NCBI GenBank assembly: GCA_963727805.1
Contig: CAVSHF010000003.1
Span: 96,001 to 160,000, forward strand
Direction: 5' to 3'
DNA length: 64,000 nucleotides
DNA from: an uncultured Nitrospiraceae bacterium
Lineage (GTDB): Bacteria > Nitrospirota > Thermodesulfovibrionia > Thermodesulfovibrionales > Dissulfurispiraceae
Below the pieces are notes generated by a model that was not told the origin of the DNA, made no database searches, and worked only from the letters and a program-made list of their open reading frames with translations. Every line of letters starts with the position of its first letter. Position 1 is the first letter of the stretch. A program made the translations under genes and the position numbers. This document shows positions 20,180 to 30,080 of this stretch, piece by piece.

Positions 20180-20460
20180 TTATTCTCCTCTTTCCGGCAA
20201 TAAGGTGCCCAATTGTATAATGCTATTTATTAAATTGTACTATCCTTTGAGGAAATACCAAGAAATGATTCAAACTCATAAGTGTTCGTTTAAAAATCAT
20301 ATAGATTCAACTGGTTACGATTTGCCATGGTATTTGACGACATTCAATTTTCTTGAAATGCTTGCTGCACAGCAAAATGCCGAACAATAATGATTGCTTA
20401 TTAGTCCGATGATCGAGATAAAAGCATTACCATTGATTTCGTGCTGGCTCTTTGGATTAA

Positions 20461-21258
20461 ATGTTTTTGCAGAAGATTCTGTTCCTCTGTAAAATACTTG
20501 AGATAAGTTCTGTAAGGCAAGGTGCTGTTGTGATAGCAAAGATTTCTGAAAGATGCAAGCAAACTCTTCAGGCGATAGTGCGTCTATGGCGACAGGTACC
20601 GCGGCGTGTTCAGGGACTCCTGTTGGTCGGACTTTCGCTGGTGGCAGTTGTAATCTCTGCCACCTTGGCTTTTCTTGGCAATCATCAACGCGCCATTATC
20701 GAGAATGATGTGCACCGTCATTTCCAGATGGTCAACAGTTTGAGTGATGTTCTCACCTTGATGGTTGATGCTGAAACCGGGATGCGCGGCTATCTTTTGA
20801 CGCAGCGTGATGAGTTCCTGCAACCTTATGAGACCGCGACGCAGAATCTTCCCATTGCGATGGCAAATCTGCGCACATTAGCTGATGCGGATCCGGAACC
20901 AAAGCCACGCCTTGATAAACGGCTGCGGCTGAATCAATTACAACTACTGATTGATCGGCAAATGTCCGATCTTGCGACGCAGAAACAGTATATTGCTGCG
21001 CCGCAAGCAATATACAAGGATATATATAGCAGTCTCGCACATGCCAAACAGGTGATGGATGCAATACGCTACATTTTGAGCGCAATGCAAGCTGAGGAAG
21101 GACGTCAACTGAGCGAGCGTATCGAACGGACTAATGCCATCCGCCACCGTGACTACTTAGCTGTTTTTCTTGCTCTCATTGTGGCAGTGGGAACGCGCCT
21201 CATTGCGTGGCTTCTCTTCACAACAGATCGCGACACAGCACGGCAATCGAAAAGGTGA
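20461..21258 (+). CDS. TM-CHASE3-TM protein without output domain
   Basis: MVDAETGMRGYLLTQRDEFLQPY CHASE3 motif between two TM helices. The true start is probably downstream. Confidence 0.8.
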   Translation: MFLQKILFLCKILEISSVRQGAVVIAKISERCKQTLQAIVRLWRQVPRRVQGLLLVGLSLVAVVISATLAFLGNHQRAIIENDVHRHFQMVNSLSDVLTLMVDAETGMRGYLLTQRDEFLQPYETATQNLPIAMANLRTLADADPEPKPRLDKRLRLNQLQLLIDRQMSDLATQKQYIAAPQAIYKDIYSSLAHAKQVMDAIRYILSAMQAEEGRQLSERIERTNAIRHRDYLAVFLALIVAVGTRLIAWLLFTTDRDTARQSKR

Positions 21259-21344
21259 ACAAAACATCGGTAATCCTGTTCGTGAGATCACAGGAGCATT
21301 AGGCTGGGTATTCAATATTTAACGGGAGATTTGTACTCTTATCA

Positions 21345-21539
21345 TTACTTCTCCTCCGATTCTTTTTTCCCCGATTCATCCTTTTTCGGAGTTACATCTA
21401 TTTCAGTAGGATCAGACATACCCTTTTTGAAATTCTTAATGCTTTCTCCGATTCCTTTTGTTAGTTCGGGCAATTTCTTAGCACCAAAAAGAATAACCAC
21501 AATTCCAAGTGCTATTAATAAGTCTTGTGTACCTAACAT
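21345..21539 (-). CDS. tatA: Twin-arginine translocase TatA
   Basis: ILFGAKKLPELTKGIGESIKNFKKGM. Confidence 0.95.
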   Translation of the reverse strand: MLGTQDLLIALGIVVILFGAKKLPELTKGIGESIKNFKKGMSDPTEIDVTPKKDESGKKESEEK

Positions 21540-21918
21540 TATTCACCTCCAGGATAATTGATTCAATTCTACTACCATGATACTTGTATTAAAACGGAAC
21601 AACAATAGGACAAATAACACAAGACTGCTGATGTTGAATTCTTAGTTAAACATTTTTGAGGCAAGATAATCTGGCGCATAAACCACAACGGTTCTCTTGC
21701 CCTGAGCCGTTACACTTATTCATCATTTATACGGCAATCTGCAATTGTGGCCAGAAGCACACAGACTAAGTCTACAGTTATCTTAGATTAACAGTTGGCT
21801 CTGCAATAATCGCCAAACTGATTCAAGGAAATATATAGGCTCTCCTCGCCCGGACTTTGATGCCGTGAGTGAATTATTGCAGAAACATGCCATCTGCCTG
21901 TTAGTATAATAGCTCAAA

Positions 21919-22911
21919 GTGAAAACATCCTTACGGCGTTTACAGATCAGAGATCTTCAGATACATCCGCCATTGCTTCTGGCGCCAATGGCCGGCCTTA
22001 CCCATAGCGCGCTCCGGCAGATCATTTCCGGTTTCGGCGGAGTCGGTCTTTTATCAACAGAGATGCTTTCAGCAAAAAGGCTGCCGACCGAAGATCCGAC
22101 GATTTCTCCTTTTCTGATAAGGACTGTCATGGAAAGGCCGCTTTCTTATCAGTTGCTGATCTCAGCAGTCAGAGATATGGCGCCAGCCATAAAGGCCCTG
22201 CATAAGCTTGAGGCTAATGCGATTGATCTGAACATGGGCTGCCCGGCTGCCACGGTGCGCAAACTCGGAGCAGGCTGTATTCTCATGGAACAACCAGAGA
22301 AGGTGCGCCTGCTGGTGTCAGAGGCAAGGAAACTTACTGCACTGCCGCTTACCGCAAAGATCCGGCTCGGGATTGAACTCAATGAAGAGAAGTTAAAGTC
22401 CTTTTGCGCCATGCTCGAAGGCGAGGGAGTTGATATGCTCACTGTGCATGCGCGGCTCAAAGATGAGCCTTTTGCAAGAAGGCCGAGATGGGAATGGCTT
22501 GCCAAAGTGAAGGGATGGATCAGGATACCGGTGATTGCCAATGGCGGCGTATTCTCTGTACAGGATGCGGAAGATTGTCTGCGCGTCTCAGGTGCCGACG
22601 GTCTGATGCTCGGCCGTGGTGCGGCTATTAAACCATGGCTATTTGCCGAGATCGCAAGAGATACTTATGGCCATAAAATTGCGGTGCCGGCAGTCTCTCT
22701 GCCCGCGATTTATGGTAACTTTATCGATCTCCTCAATGAGCTTTTCGGGCCTCAAAGGCGGCTCGGCAGGCTTAAGGAGTTCACTCATTATTTTGCAAAA
22801 AACTATAAATTCGGTCACCGTTTGGCATCCAGGGTTCAAGGCAGCCGTACTATGGAGGAGGCAATAGAAAGGGCCGCTATTTTTTTTGAAGTTAACAGAG
22901 AATGCAACTGA
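21919..22911 (+). CDS. tRNA-dihydrouridine synthase family protein
   Basis: LAPMAGLT, IDLNMGCP, TAKIRLG, LTVHAR, PVIANG, GLMLGRG. Confidence 0.92.
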   Translation: MKTSLRRLQIRDLQIHPPLLLAPMAGLTHSALRQIISGFGGVGLLSTEMLSAKRLPTEDPTISPFLIRTVMERPLSYQLLISAVRDMAPAIKALHKLEANAIDLNMGCPAATVRKLGAGCILMEQPEKVRLLVSEARKLTALPLTAKIRLGIELNEEKLKSFCAMLEGEGVDMLTVHARLKDEPFARRPRWEWLAKVKGWIRIPVIANGGVFSVQDAEDCLRVSGADGLMLGRGAAIKPWLFAEIARDTYGHKIAVPAVSLPAIYGNFIDLLNELFGPQRRLGRLKEFTHYFAKNYKFGHRLASRVQGSRTMEEAIERAAIFFEVNRECN

Positions 22912-22932
22912 TACTGTGGTAAGAGCAGCTAC

Positions 22933-23045
22933 AATATGTTGAGACGGAAGAGTCTTGATCTGTTTTCGACTTGGCCGCGCCTGCCTGAGAACATAATTGT
23001 TAACAACTTGAAATAATCGCGCCGCACGATCTTTTCTCTATTTCC
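22933..23045. repeat. Dispersed ~112-bp repeat, copy 2
   Basis: Colinear with 18914-19025. Confidence 0.7.
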
Positions 23046-23192
23046 GCTAATTACTTTTAACCGAACTTAAACAAAAAGGGCTTGCGATCAAAACTTATCT
23101 TGCGCTTCGATTCTACGCACTCATTTTACAAAACTGTCTCTCTTCTCCAAAATCGCGCGATGAACTTACTTTTTAAACTACAACAGTGGGTA

Positions 23193-23810
23193 CTAGCTGC
23201 TTACGTATGCTTCCAAGTCAGATCTTATTGCTTCAACGAACCTATCAAAGATTATCGTTGTTACTTTTCGTCCATCTTTTGATAAAGTTCGAAACATGCT
23301 TTCGCGAATAGATTTATCTATTTCGATTTGTATCCCTTTCCCGTTTATGCCTCTATTGCATATATTATTTTTATGCTCACCTGCCAAGGGTTTTGGCGGA
23401 CAGATTTCTACTTTGAAACCAGCCCCCCTCAAGCTTTGCGCAATCCTTTTCCTTTCAGCCAAAGCGAGACCCCCTATAAGTACCCAGTTTGGATAACCGC
23501 GGCAGCCATGAATAGCCACGACTATTTGTGAAGCCTGAGCTATCCTGTAGGCCCTGTCTTCATCAAAATGGTCACTTGCAATATGCAGCCTCTTGTTGCC
23601 TTGTGGCTTTAAGCCTTCGAGAGTATAAAACGAAAACCTATCACTTGCTATTGCCTTTGCTATTTCTGTAGTGCCGGGTTCAATCCCGCCACCATGCGGT
23701 GCGATAACTGCAATATCCGATTCGCGAGGAAAGCATTGAATGGTGTAATCGAGGTCCTCCTTTTCTTCCTGCCGCAAATGGCGAAAGTTGATATATTCCT
23801 TGATGCTCAT
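23193..23810 (-). CDS. Poly-gamma-glutamate hydrolase family (DUF867/PghP-like)
   Basis: IAPHGGGIEPGTTE, LHIASDHFDE, AIHG, NNICNRG...GIQIEI. Confidence 0.9.
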   Translation of the reverse strand: MSIKEYINFRHLRQEEKEDLDYTIQCFPRESDIAVIAPHGGGIEPGTTEIAKAIASDRFSFYTLEGLKPQGNKRLHIASDHFDEDRAYRIAQASQIVVAIHGCRGYPNWVLIGGLALAERKRIAQSLRGAGFKVEICPPKPLAGEHKNNICNRGINGKGIQIEIDKSIRESMFRTLSKDGRKVTTIIFDRFVEAIRSDLEAYVSS

Positions 23811-24438
23811 GTTTTAATCTCCTGCAGATATTATAATGCACATGGACAACGTCTCGGCAAAAAGCGGTGTCCGCTCGTTAAAGAAAATCTGTTACAACTG
23901 ATGTTGAAGGCGAACTCGAAAAGAGGATAGCCTTCTGATTTTTTCCATTAGAGGGAAATATGCATTTGGAGAACAGGTGTTTTTATGAGGAGTTTCAGGT
24001 ACTTTTTGAGTCGACCCCTGAGAATTTTCGTTCATGATCTGCAGTATGTTCAAACTACCCATTTGCCAGGACTTCTTCTATGTTAAAAAAGCAAGAATTC
24101 TCTTCGATTCAGTTGGCGCCCTAAAGTCTGGTTACATTTTAGAATCAGTCGTCATGTTTCCACCCAGTATTGTTATTTGGTTTTGTCCGGATGAAAAGCG
24201 TTCGAGGTCGTAGCAAACGGAAATTAACACATGACGTTTTGAGACAGCATGATGACATTGAGGGCTATGGTGGAATATTTCCTCTCCAAACCTTGATAAT
24301 CTGGTATTTCGCTGTTTGTGAGGATTCCCACCAATAATTCTCCCCGCGTCTTATATGCTGACGATAGTCTGGTAGCCATTGAGAATCCGATTTTGATGAT
24401 AATTTTCGGGGACCCGCTCGCCGTTCGGGCGCTGAACA

Positions 24439-26310
24439 TTAACGGACGATTAATAGCTCAATCGGTTGCTCTTCGAACGCGCAGGCCTTCGTATCATGTT
24501 CGTTCGTTATGTTTTGAAGCTCCGTAAAGAGCGCATCGATCCGTGCCTTATTATCGCGCACGGTCTGAGACAGTTTCTTGATCATCAGGGCCTCGTCCCT
24601 GCCCGCTACCCCAAGAAGCCGTTGCGTTTCCTGCTCCACGTTAAACTCAAGCTTCGTGATCTCCGCCTCAAGGTCCACGATTCGGCTCTTGAGGGGTCCG
24701 AGGACTTTTGATTTATCGGAAGTGACGGCGCTTTGCAATTTTTTTGCGGTTTTTCTGTTTTCGTTCTTGTCGGCACCGTTCCGCTTCCCTTTCGCTTTCT
24801 TCACACGACCCCCCCCCTCGTCCTGCCACCCGATGCGTTCGAGGAAGTCGAAGTAGGTGCCTTCGAAGACGTTCACCTCGTCATTGTCGTACACGATCAG
24901 CTTGGTCGCGACGGCCTCCAGAATCATCTCACTGTGCGTCACGATGATAACGGCGCCGTCGAAAGCTTCAATCGCCTCAATCAGCGAGTCAATAGACTCC
25001 ATGTCCAGGTGGTTTGTGGGCTCGTCGAGGATCAGCATGTTGGCCGGAGAGATCAGGAGCTTGCCGAGCAGTACGCGGCTCTTTTCACCTCCAGAAAGCA
25101 CACTCACCTTCTTGAGCGCGTTGTCGCCATTGAACATCATGAGCCCACAGATGGAGCGGGATTCGCCATGGGCGTGGTCCGGATGAGCGTCCATGATTTC
25201 CTGGAGCGCGGTCTTGTCGTTCTGCAGGCGACTGATATTGGTCTGGCCGAAATAAGCGATTCTCGTATTCGGGTGGGGTCTTATGTCTCCACTTGACGGG
25301 GACATCTCTCCTGCAAGCAGGTTCAGAAGCGTAGTCTTCCCTTTGCCGTTCTTTCCGATGACGGCAATGCGGTCCTTTTTACCCACGGCAAAGCTCAGAC
25401 TATCAATGAGCTTCGGGCCGTCCTCAGAAAATGAAAAGGACAAGTCTTCCACTGTCATCAACCATTTAGCTTCAAACGGGGCGGACCGGAACTTGAAGTC
25501 AAGCGATTTGATCTCGCCGAGCTTGTCGAGCCGTTCGTGTTTCGTAAGCTCTTTAATCCGGGACTGGACCGCGCTGGCCTTGGTTGCCTGGGCTCGAAAG
25601 CGATTAATAAACTGCTCCACTTCCTTGCGTTTTTTCTCGCCGTTCTGGCGCGTCTTTTCATGGATCTCTTCTTCTAGGAGAACTTGGTCGTATAGCTTCT
25701 GCGTATTGCCGGGGACCTTTCGCATCTTGCAGCGGTGGATGATCATCGTATGCGTCGTGACACTGTCCATAAACTCGCGGTCATGCGTTATGATGATCAT
25801 CTCGTTCCGCCAGGCGCGCAAAAATTGCGTGAGCCAGCGAACCGAGACGATGTCGAGGTAGTTTGTGGGCTCGTCGAGGAGCAGGAGATTCGGCTCCGAT
25901 ACAAGTACCTTGGCAAGGTTCAGCCGCACCTGGTACCCGCCGGACAACGACGACGGAGACTGGTCGAAGTCGTCGTTAGTGAATCCAAGGCCGTGGAGAA
26001 TGGCCTCGGCCTTGTAAGTTTCGTCGATGTGGTCCTCGTTTTTCGAGAGGGCGAGGCAGGCCTCCTGAAGCACCGTGTTTTCGGTGAAGTGGATGTGTTG
26101 GGACAGATGGCCGATAGTGTACCCCGAAGGTACCGTGATCGTGCCGGCGTCCTGGCGTGCTTCGCCGAGGATCATGCGAAAGAGCGTTGATTTGCCGTGG
26201 CCGTTCCGGCCCACAAGGCCCACGCGTTCGCGCGGATTAACGGTAAAGCCGACGCCGTCAAACAGCACCTGCTTGCCATAAGATTTTTCGATATTCGCGA
26301 CCTGGAGCAT
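24439..26310 (-). CDS. ABC-F family ATPase
   Basis: Two ABC cassettes (GRNGHGKST, GKNGKGKTT; two DEPTN motifs), no TM segments, C-terminal coiled coil. Confidence 0.95.
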   Translation of the reverse strand: MLQVANIEKSYGKQVLFDGVGFTVNPRERVGLVGRNGHGKSTLFRMILGEARQDAGTITVPSGYTIGHLSQHIHFTENTVLQEACLALSKNEDHIDETYKAEAILHGLGFTNDDFDQSPSSLSGGYQVRLNLAKVLVSEPNLLLLDEPTNYLDIVSVRWLTQFLRAWRNEMIIITHDREFMDSVTTHTMIIHRCKMRKVPGNTQKLYDQVLLEEEIHEKTRQNGEKKRKEVEQFINRFRAQATKASAVQSRIKELTKHERLDKLGEIKSLDFKFRSAPFEAKWLMTVEDLSFSFSEDGPKLIDSLSFAVGKKDRIAVIGKNGKGKTTLLNLLAGEMSPSSGDIRPHPNTRIAYFGQTNISRLQNDKTALQEIMDAHPDHAHGESRSICGLMMFNGDNALKKVSVLSGGEKSRVLLGKLLISPANMLILDEPTNHLDMESIDSLIEAIEAFDGAVIIVTHSEMILEAVATKLIVYDNDEVNVFEGTYFDFLERIGWQDEGGGRVKKAKGKRNGADKNENRKTAKKLQSAVTSDKSKVLGPLKSRIVDLEAEITKLEFNVEQETQRLLGVAGRDEALMIKKLSQTVRDNKARIDALFTELQNITNEHDTKACAFEEQPIELLIVR

Positions 26311-26614
26311 TCTTTAGACCTTCCTTCAAAAAAATATGCAAAATTACAACCTTATATCATAACGCAGCAGGGCAGTTAAGGTAAATGTTTATTATAGATA
26401 CCGATAGCAAACAGGGACATGTTTAGGGAGAGTAGTGGTCACGATACTGGAAGAAAGCTAGTGTAGCAAGCCATGTCTCTGCAGTGATGACTCTAAGATT
26501 CTATGATAGATTGTGAGCCCCCCTGGATATTCTACATGTAGGGAAACACACGGAAAGGAGGCTCACAATGAGAACAGATTACCAAAAGATAGGCAGTTTA
26601 GCAACGTGCCAGGC

Positions 26615-27925
26615 TTAGGTCACTAGATCGGCAAAGTTTTTAGCTTGGAGTTTCGCCCCCTTGACGATTGTCTTAAGGAAGGATGAGTTGAGCGTCTGGG
26701 TTGCCATGAGCCCGTTCACCGGTGCTGACTTTTCGATTGCGCCTATGACGCGGCTTAAGGCCCGGTGGCTAAGCCGTCCGGGATCGTCGAACAGTAGATT
26801 CGCTAGTTTGCCCCGTTCGATGGCCATCATCACACGCTGGTCGAAGACGGTCTCGGGCACCAGCGTCCGCTGCGGTCTAGATTTCATTGATGCCGCCCCA
26901 TTTTTGCAGACTGTGGCGCAGACGCCGCATCCGAGACACACCTGTTCATCTCGCACGGCCTGCTTCGTCACCTGAGCGCCGCTGGTATTGTTCTCAATGC
27001 TGATTGCTCCGATCGGACAGGCCTTGGCGCACTTGCCGCATCCCTTGCATTTCGAACCGTCCACATCCATGATGAAGTTTGACGTAATGATAGCAGGACG
27101 CGAATCCACTGCCTTGATCCCTTTCATAACATGACAGCAGCAGCCGCAGCAGTTACAGATGAATGTCACCTTGTTTTGAACATTATCCCCGGTCTGTGCG
27201 AGGCCCGCCTCCTTGGATTTAGCCAGAACTGTCATTGCTTCTGTTTTCGTTACGGAACGGGCTATCCCGTTTCGAATCAGATAATCTGCGGCGTAGTTGA
27301 AAGTCAAGCACACTTCCTGCGGCTTGCCGCATGCTCGACCCATGTGTTGGGCTGTATGGTGACACTGGCAGATTCCGACGGCGAGCGCGGACGCCGATTG
27401 CACTATCTGGGAGGCCCGTTCCCAGTCGAGCACTTCAGTGAAGGTGCCCTGGGGAATAACTTCCTCCCGGACTAGTGACCGAAACAGTTGGGTCCTGCCT
27501 TCAAAATTGGCCCTTTGGAAGCTATGGTCGTATTCTGTGAAATATTCTTCGAACAGACTAGCCAACTCCTTCATCGGCATATCGGGCCGCACCCGCATGA
27601 ATGTCATTTCGAAGAAGCCGAGCACCACTGGCAGCAAGGTGAAATAACGCTGCCCGTTGTTCTCGATATCGACCACCAGCCCTCGTTTCGCCATATCCGT
27701 CAGCTTTGCATTAAGATCATCCTGAGGAACACGGAGGTCCTTCGCTAGGGCGTCAAGAGAAGTGAGATTGTGGGGGAGTTTTCTCGCCAACTCCGCGTCC
27801 TCAGGGGAGAAAAGGATGCTCAATATCTTCATGAGGGTGGGCGACTCGGTCGCTCCCTGAACCTTTTCGGCTAAGCGCTTCTGAAGGAGTCGGTATGAGT
27901 GTGCTGATCCGGTAATATGTCCCAT
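26615..27925 (-). CDS. 4Fe-4S dicluster domain protein
   Basis: CQC..CGKPQEVC, ICNCCGCCC, and two CxxCxxCxxxC motifs. Confidence 0.9.
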   Translation of the reverse strand: MGHITGSAHSYRLLQKRLAEKVQGATESPTLMKILSILFSPEDAELARKLPHNLTSLDALAKDLRVPQDDLNAKLTDMAKRGLVVDIENNGQRYFTLLPVVLGFFEMTFMRVRPDMPMKELASLFEEYFTEYDHSFQRANFEGRTQLFRSLVREEVIPQGTFTEVLDWERASQIVQSASALAVGICQCHHTAQHMGRACGKPQEVCLTFNYAADYLIRNGIARSVTKTEAMTVLAKSKEAGLAQTGDNVQNKVTFICNCCGCCCHVMKGIKAVDSRPAIITSNFIMDVDGSKCKGCGKCAKACPIGAISIENNTSGAQVTKQAVRDEQVCLGCGVCATVCKNGAASMKSRPQRTLVPETVFDQRVMMAIERGKLANLLFDDPGRLSHRALSRVIGAIEKSAPVNGLMATQTLNSSFLKTIVKGAKLQAKNFADLVT

Positions 27926-28710
27926 GATATTCTCCTTTCACTACGCTTCGATTGAGGAGTGCAGTTTTCGCGACACTTTCGAACCTAATAGCTTGAGAAG
28001 TCTTATTTGAAAACATTTGACCGCAAAAATACAACAAATATTTTCCATGTCCAAACTTCTGATGTTGCAGTTTACGCTAGCATTCTGTAACTCTATACCC
28101 GAGATTCATCCATTGTCATTATTAATCTCTAATTCAAATATACACCTTTTGGGGGATTTTAGAACCGGAATGCGTACTGAGTATTTGCCAGGTTAGCTTG
28201 ATAATTTCCTAGAACGAAATCTTCAGCGTTATGACCACAGTCGTAAGCGCGCGAGAAAGTGATTAACACCCTGTCCGGCTTCGGCCAACTCCTGATCATT
28301 TCCAGTTAAAACAAAGCGTCTTCACTGTGTCGGGCGATCTCTCGATCATAAGTGGAACGTCACAGTGGAAGGTCCTCGATGTCACCTCCTACCCAAGAAT
28401 GCTGCCGGTATCGGGAATTTGGAGAGATCCGCAAACATGTTGCGAAAGAACAGCAGATAAAACAGGCATGCTGTATTCCCTTGGCCTTGTTAATGACCCT
28501 CAAGTCCGCCCTGTGCTTGCTTTTAGGAGCAATGCGCCAGTATGGCGAAAGCTCAAATTGTTAAAACGACTCTTTGCCCGCCCGTAGGCGGGCAAGCGGC
28601 AAGCTATGTATGATTGCATGAACTAAGAAATTCACCGATGAAGAGATAGAAGAACTTTGAGGTCCAAGGCCAGGTCGCGTGAGCGCGACCGGCTAGGACA
28701 GGGATAGTAA

Positions 28711-28959
28711 CTACTTTTTTGACTTTTTAATCGGTTTTGCCTTTTCGGCCGGGAGGAACTCCATGATAGAAATTTTGAAAGCTTTTGATATTTGCTCCAG
28801 CCTTTCAACGCTAATACTGCCCGAGGCCTTCTCGTATTTCTGTATTTGCTGATACGAAACGCCGACTAATGCTGCAAGACGCATTTGCGACATACTCCGA
28901 TCCTTCCGTAGCTCACGAATTCTTTCGCCGATTATTGCATTGATTGATTTTCTCGCCAT
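28711..28959 (-). CDS. XRE-family HTH regulator
   Basis: IGERIRELR...MSQMRLAALVGVSYQQIQKYE. Confidence 0.9.
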   Translation of the reverse strand: MARKSINAIIGERIRELRKDRSMSQMRLAALVGVSYQQIQKYEKASGSISVERLEQISKAFKISIMEFLPAEKAKPIKKSKK

Positions 28960-29211
28960 GTAGCCCCCCCTTGGAAAATAGAATAATTCGATATAGAATA
29001 CCATAATGGCATCAACACCGAGCAATATCCGTTAATAGTGTCTCAATCGGGCTTGCAACATGGTAGCTTCTCAACGACCCTAATCCCATAACGTATATAT
29101 CGCTACAATCTGAAAACATGCCGACAACAGAAAATATATTTGTAGAGTATATTCCCTCGCAATAACCGTTGGCAACATAAAATCATCGCTATCTTTAGCA
29201 TAGGAACTAGC

Positions 29212-29263
29212 AAAAAAAGGAAGTAGTATTTACCGACTGGTTAAGTCGGTAGATACTACTTCC
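29212..29263 (-). terminator. Long intrinsic terminator hairpin
   Basis: 20-bp stem (one mismatch), 5-nt loop, T7 tract on the minus strand. Confidence 0.75.
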
Positions 29264-29279
29264 ATGACTCTGAAAAGCA

Positions 29280-29427
29280 TCCCAATTCGTGATCGCTTTA
29301 ACTACGATGTTCAAGGTCACTGCGGTTACAGTTCTTTTCCCGTCAGAACCTCTGCGATCTAAGTCATTGCACCCTTAGGGGTCGTGCTACCCAAACATCC
29401 AGAACCTTCAGAAGCAGTGAGCTGGGA
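29280..29427 (-). ncRNA. Candidate structured non-coding RNA
   Basis: Nested complementary segments with G-U pairs on the minus strand, followed by the terminator. Confidence 0.35.
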
Positions 29428-29462
29428 ATCATCAAACTAAGCGTTCCCTTTTTGTCCGTTTA

Positions 29463-30002
29463 TTACCGGCCTCTTTGTTCATCTCGTCCTTCGTGGCCCT
29501 CACCATGCCCCCCGCGCTCATGTTCGCCTTGTTCTTCGCGCTTAAGCTCGCCATGACCTTCGCGGCCTTGCTCACCTCGCTTGTCCCAATGCTTTTCTTT
29601 CTCCCATTTTTTCCAGTTCTTTTGTACGTCTCCGTAGTGTATCCGTTCATGTCCAGGCGATAGACGATGCCGATAGTCCTGTGGCAATGCTCTCAATCCA
29701 CTTGGAATACTCCTCGACTCTATGTTACGCCACGGCCCTTTATAGTCCTTCGATCTGTACCAGTGCCCTTCATAAGGACGCCACCAGTAGCCTTGGAAAA
29801 ACAAAACGTCCGTATCAATGTCCGGAACCATATAAACGTATGTTCCAGGTATCACAACCACGTCAGGCGGAGCAGCAAACTGGATGGCGGGCAGAGTGAT
29901 ATTCACATTTACCCCTGCCTCACTTTGGGTTGCAGCTGCTGTTAGGACTAATAGCACTGCACCAATAACCAATAAACACGACATTCTAATTTTACTTGTC
30001 AT
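29463..30002 (-). CDS. Secreted Trp/Gly/Pro-rich (YXWGXW-like) protein
   Basis: Signal peptide, PPDVVVIPGTYVY..FFQGYWWRPYEGHWYRS..GPW, and a charged His/Gly tail. Confidence 0.85.
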   Translation of the reverse strand: MTSKIRMSCLLVIGAVLLVLTAAATQSEAGVNVNITLPAIQFAAPPDVVVIPGTYVYMVPDIDTDVLFFQGYWWRPYEGHWYRSKDYKGPWRNIESRSIPSGLRALPQDYRHRLSPGHERIHYGDVQKNWKKWEKEKHWDKRGEQGREGHGELKREEQGEHERGGHGEGHEGRDEQRGR

Positions 30003-30080
30003 TTTTCTCTCCTGGCTATAAATGTTTATACTCTTCTTGACCCCTTTCTCATCAAAAGGCCTCCTAGTCCTTCGCTCTAT

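Noticed and set aside
24466..26281. Multiple long plus-strand ORFs
   Set aside because: Antisense shadows of the GC-rich ABC-F gene. The same applies to shadow ORFs over other long genes.
28574..28695. Two GC-rich hairpins, one after a TGA (possible SECIS or REP)
   Set aside because: No credible ORF upstream of the TGA and the two hairpins are unrelated in sequence. They may be terminators for the XRE gene.
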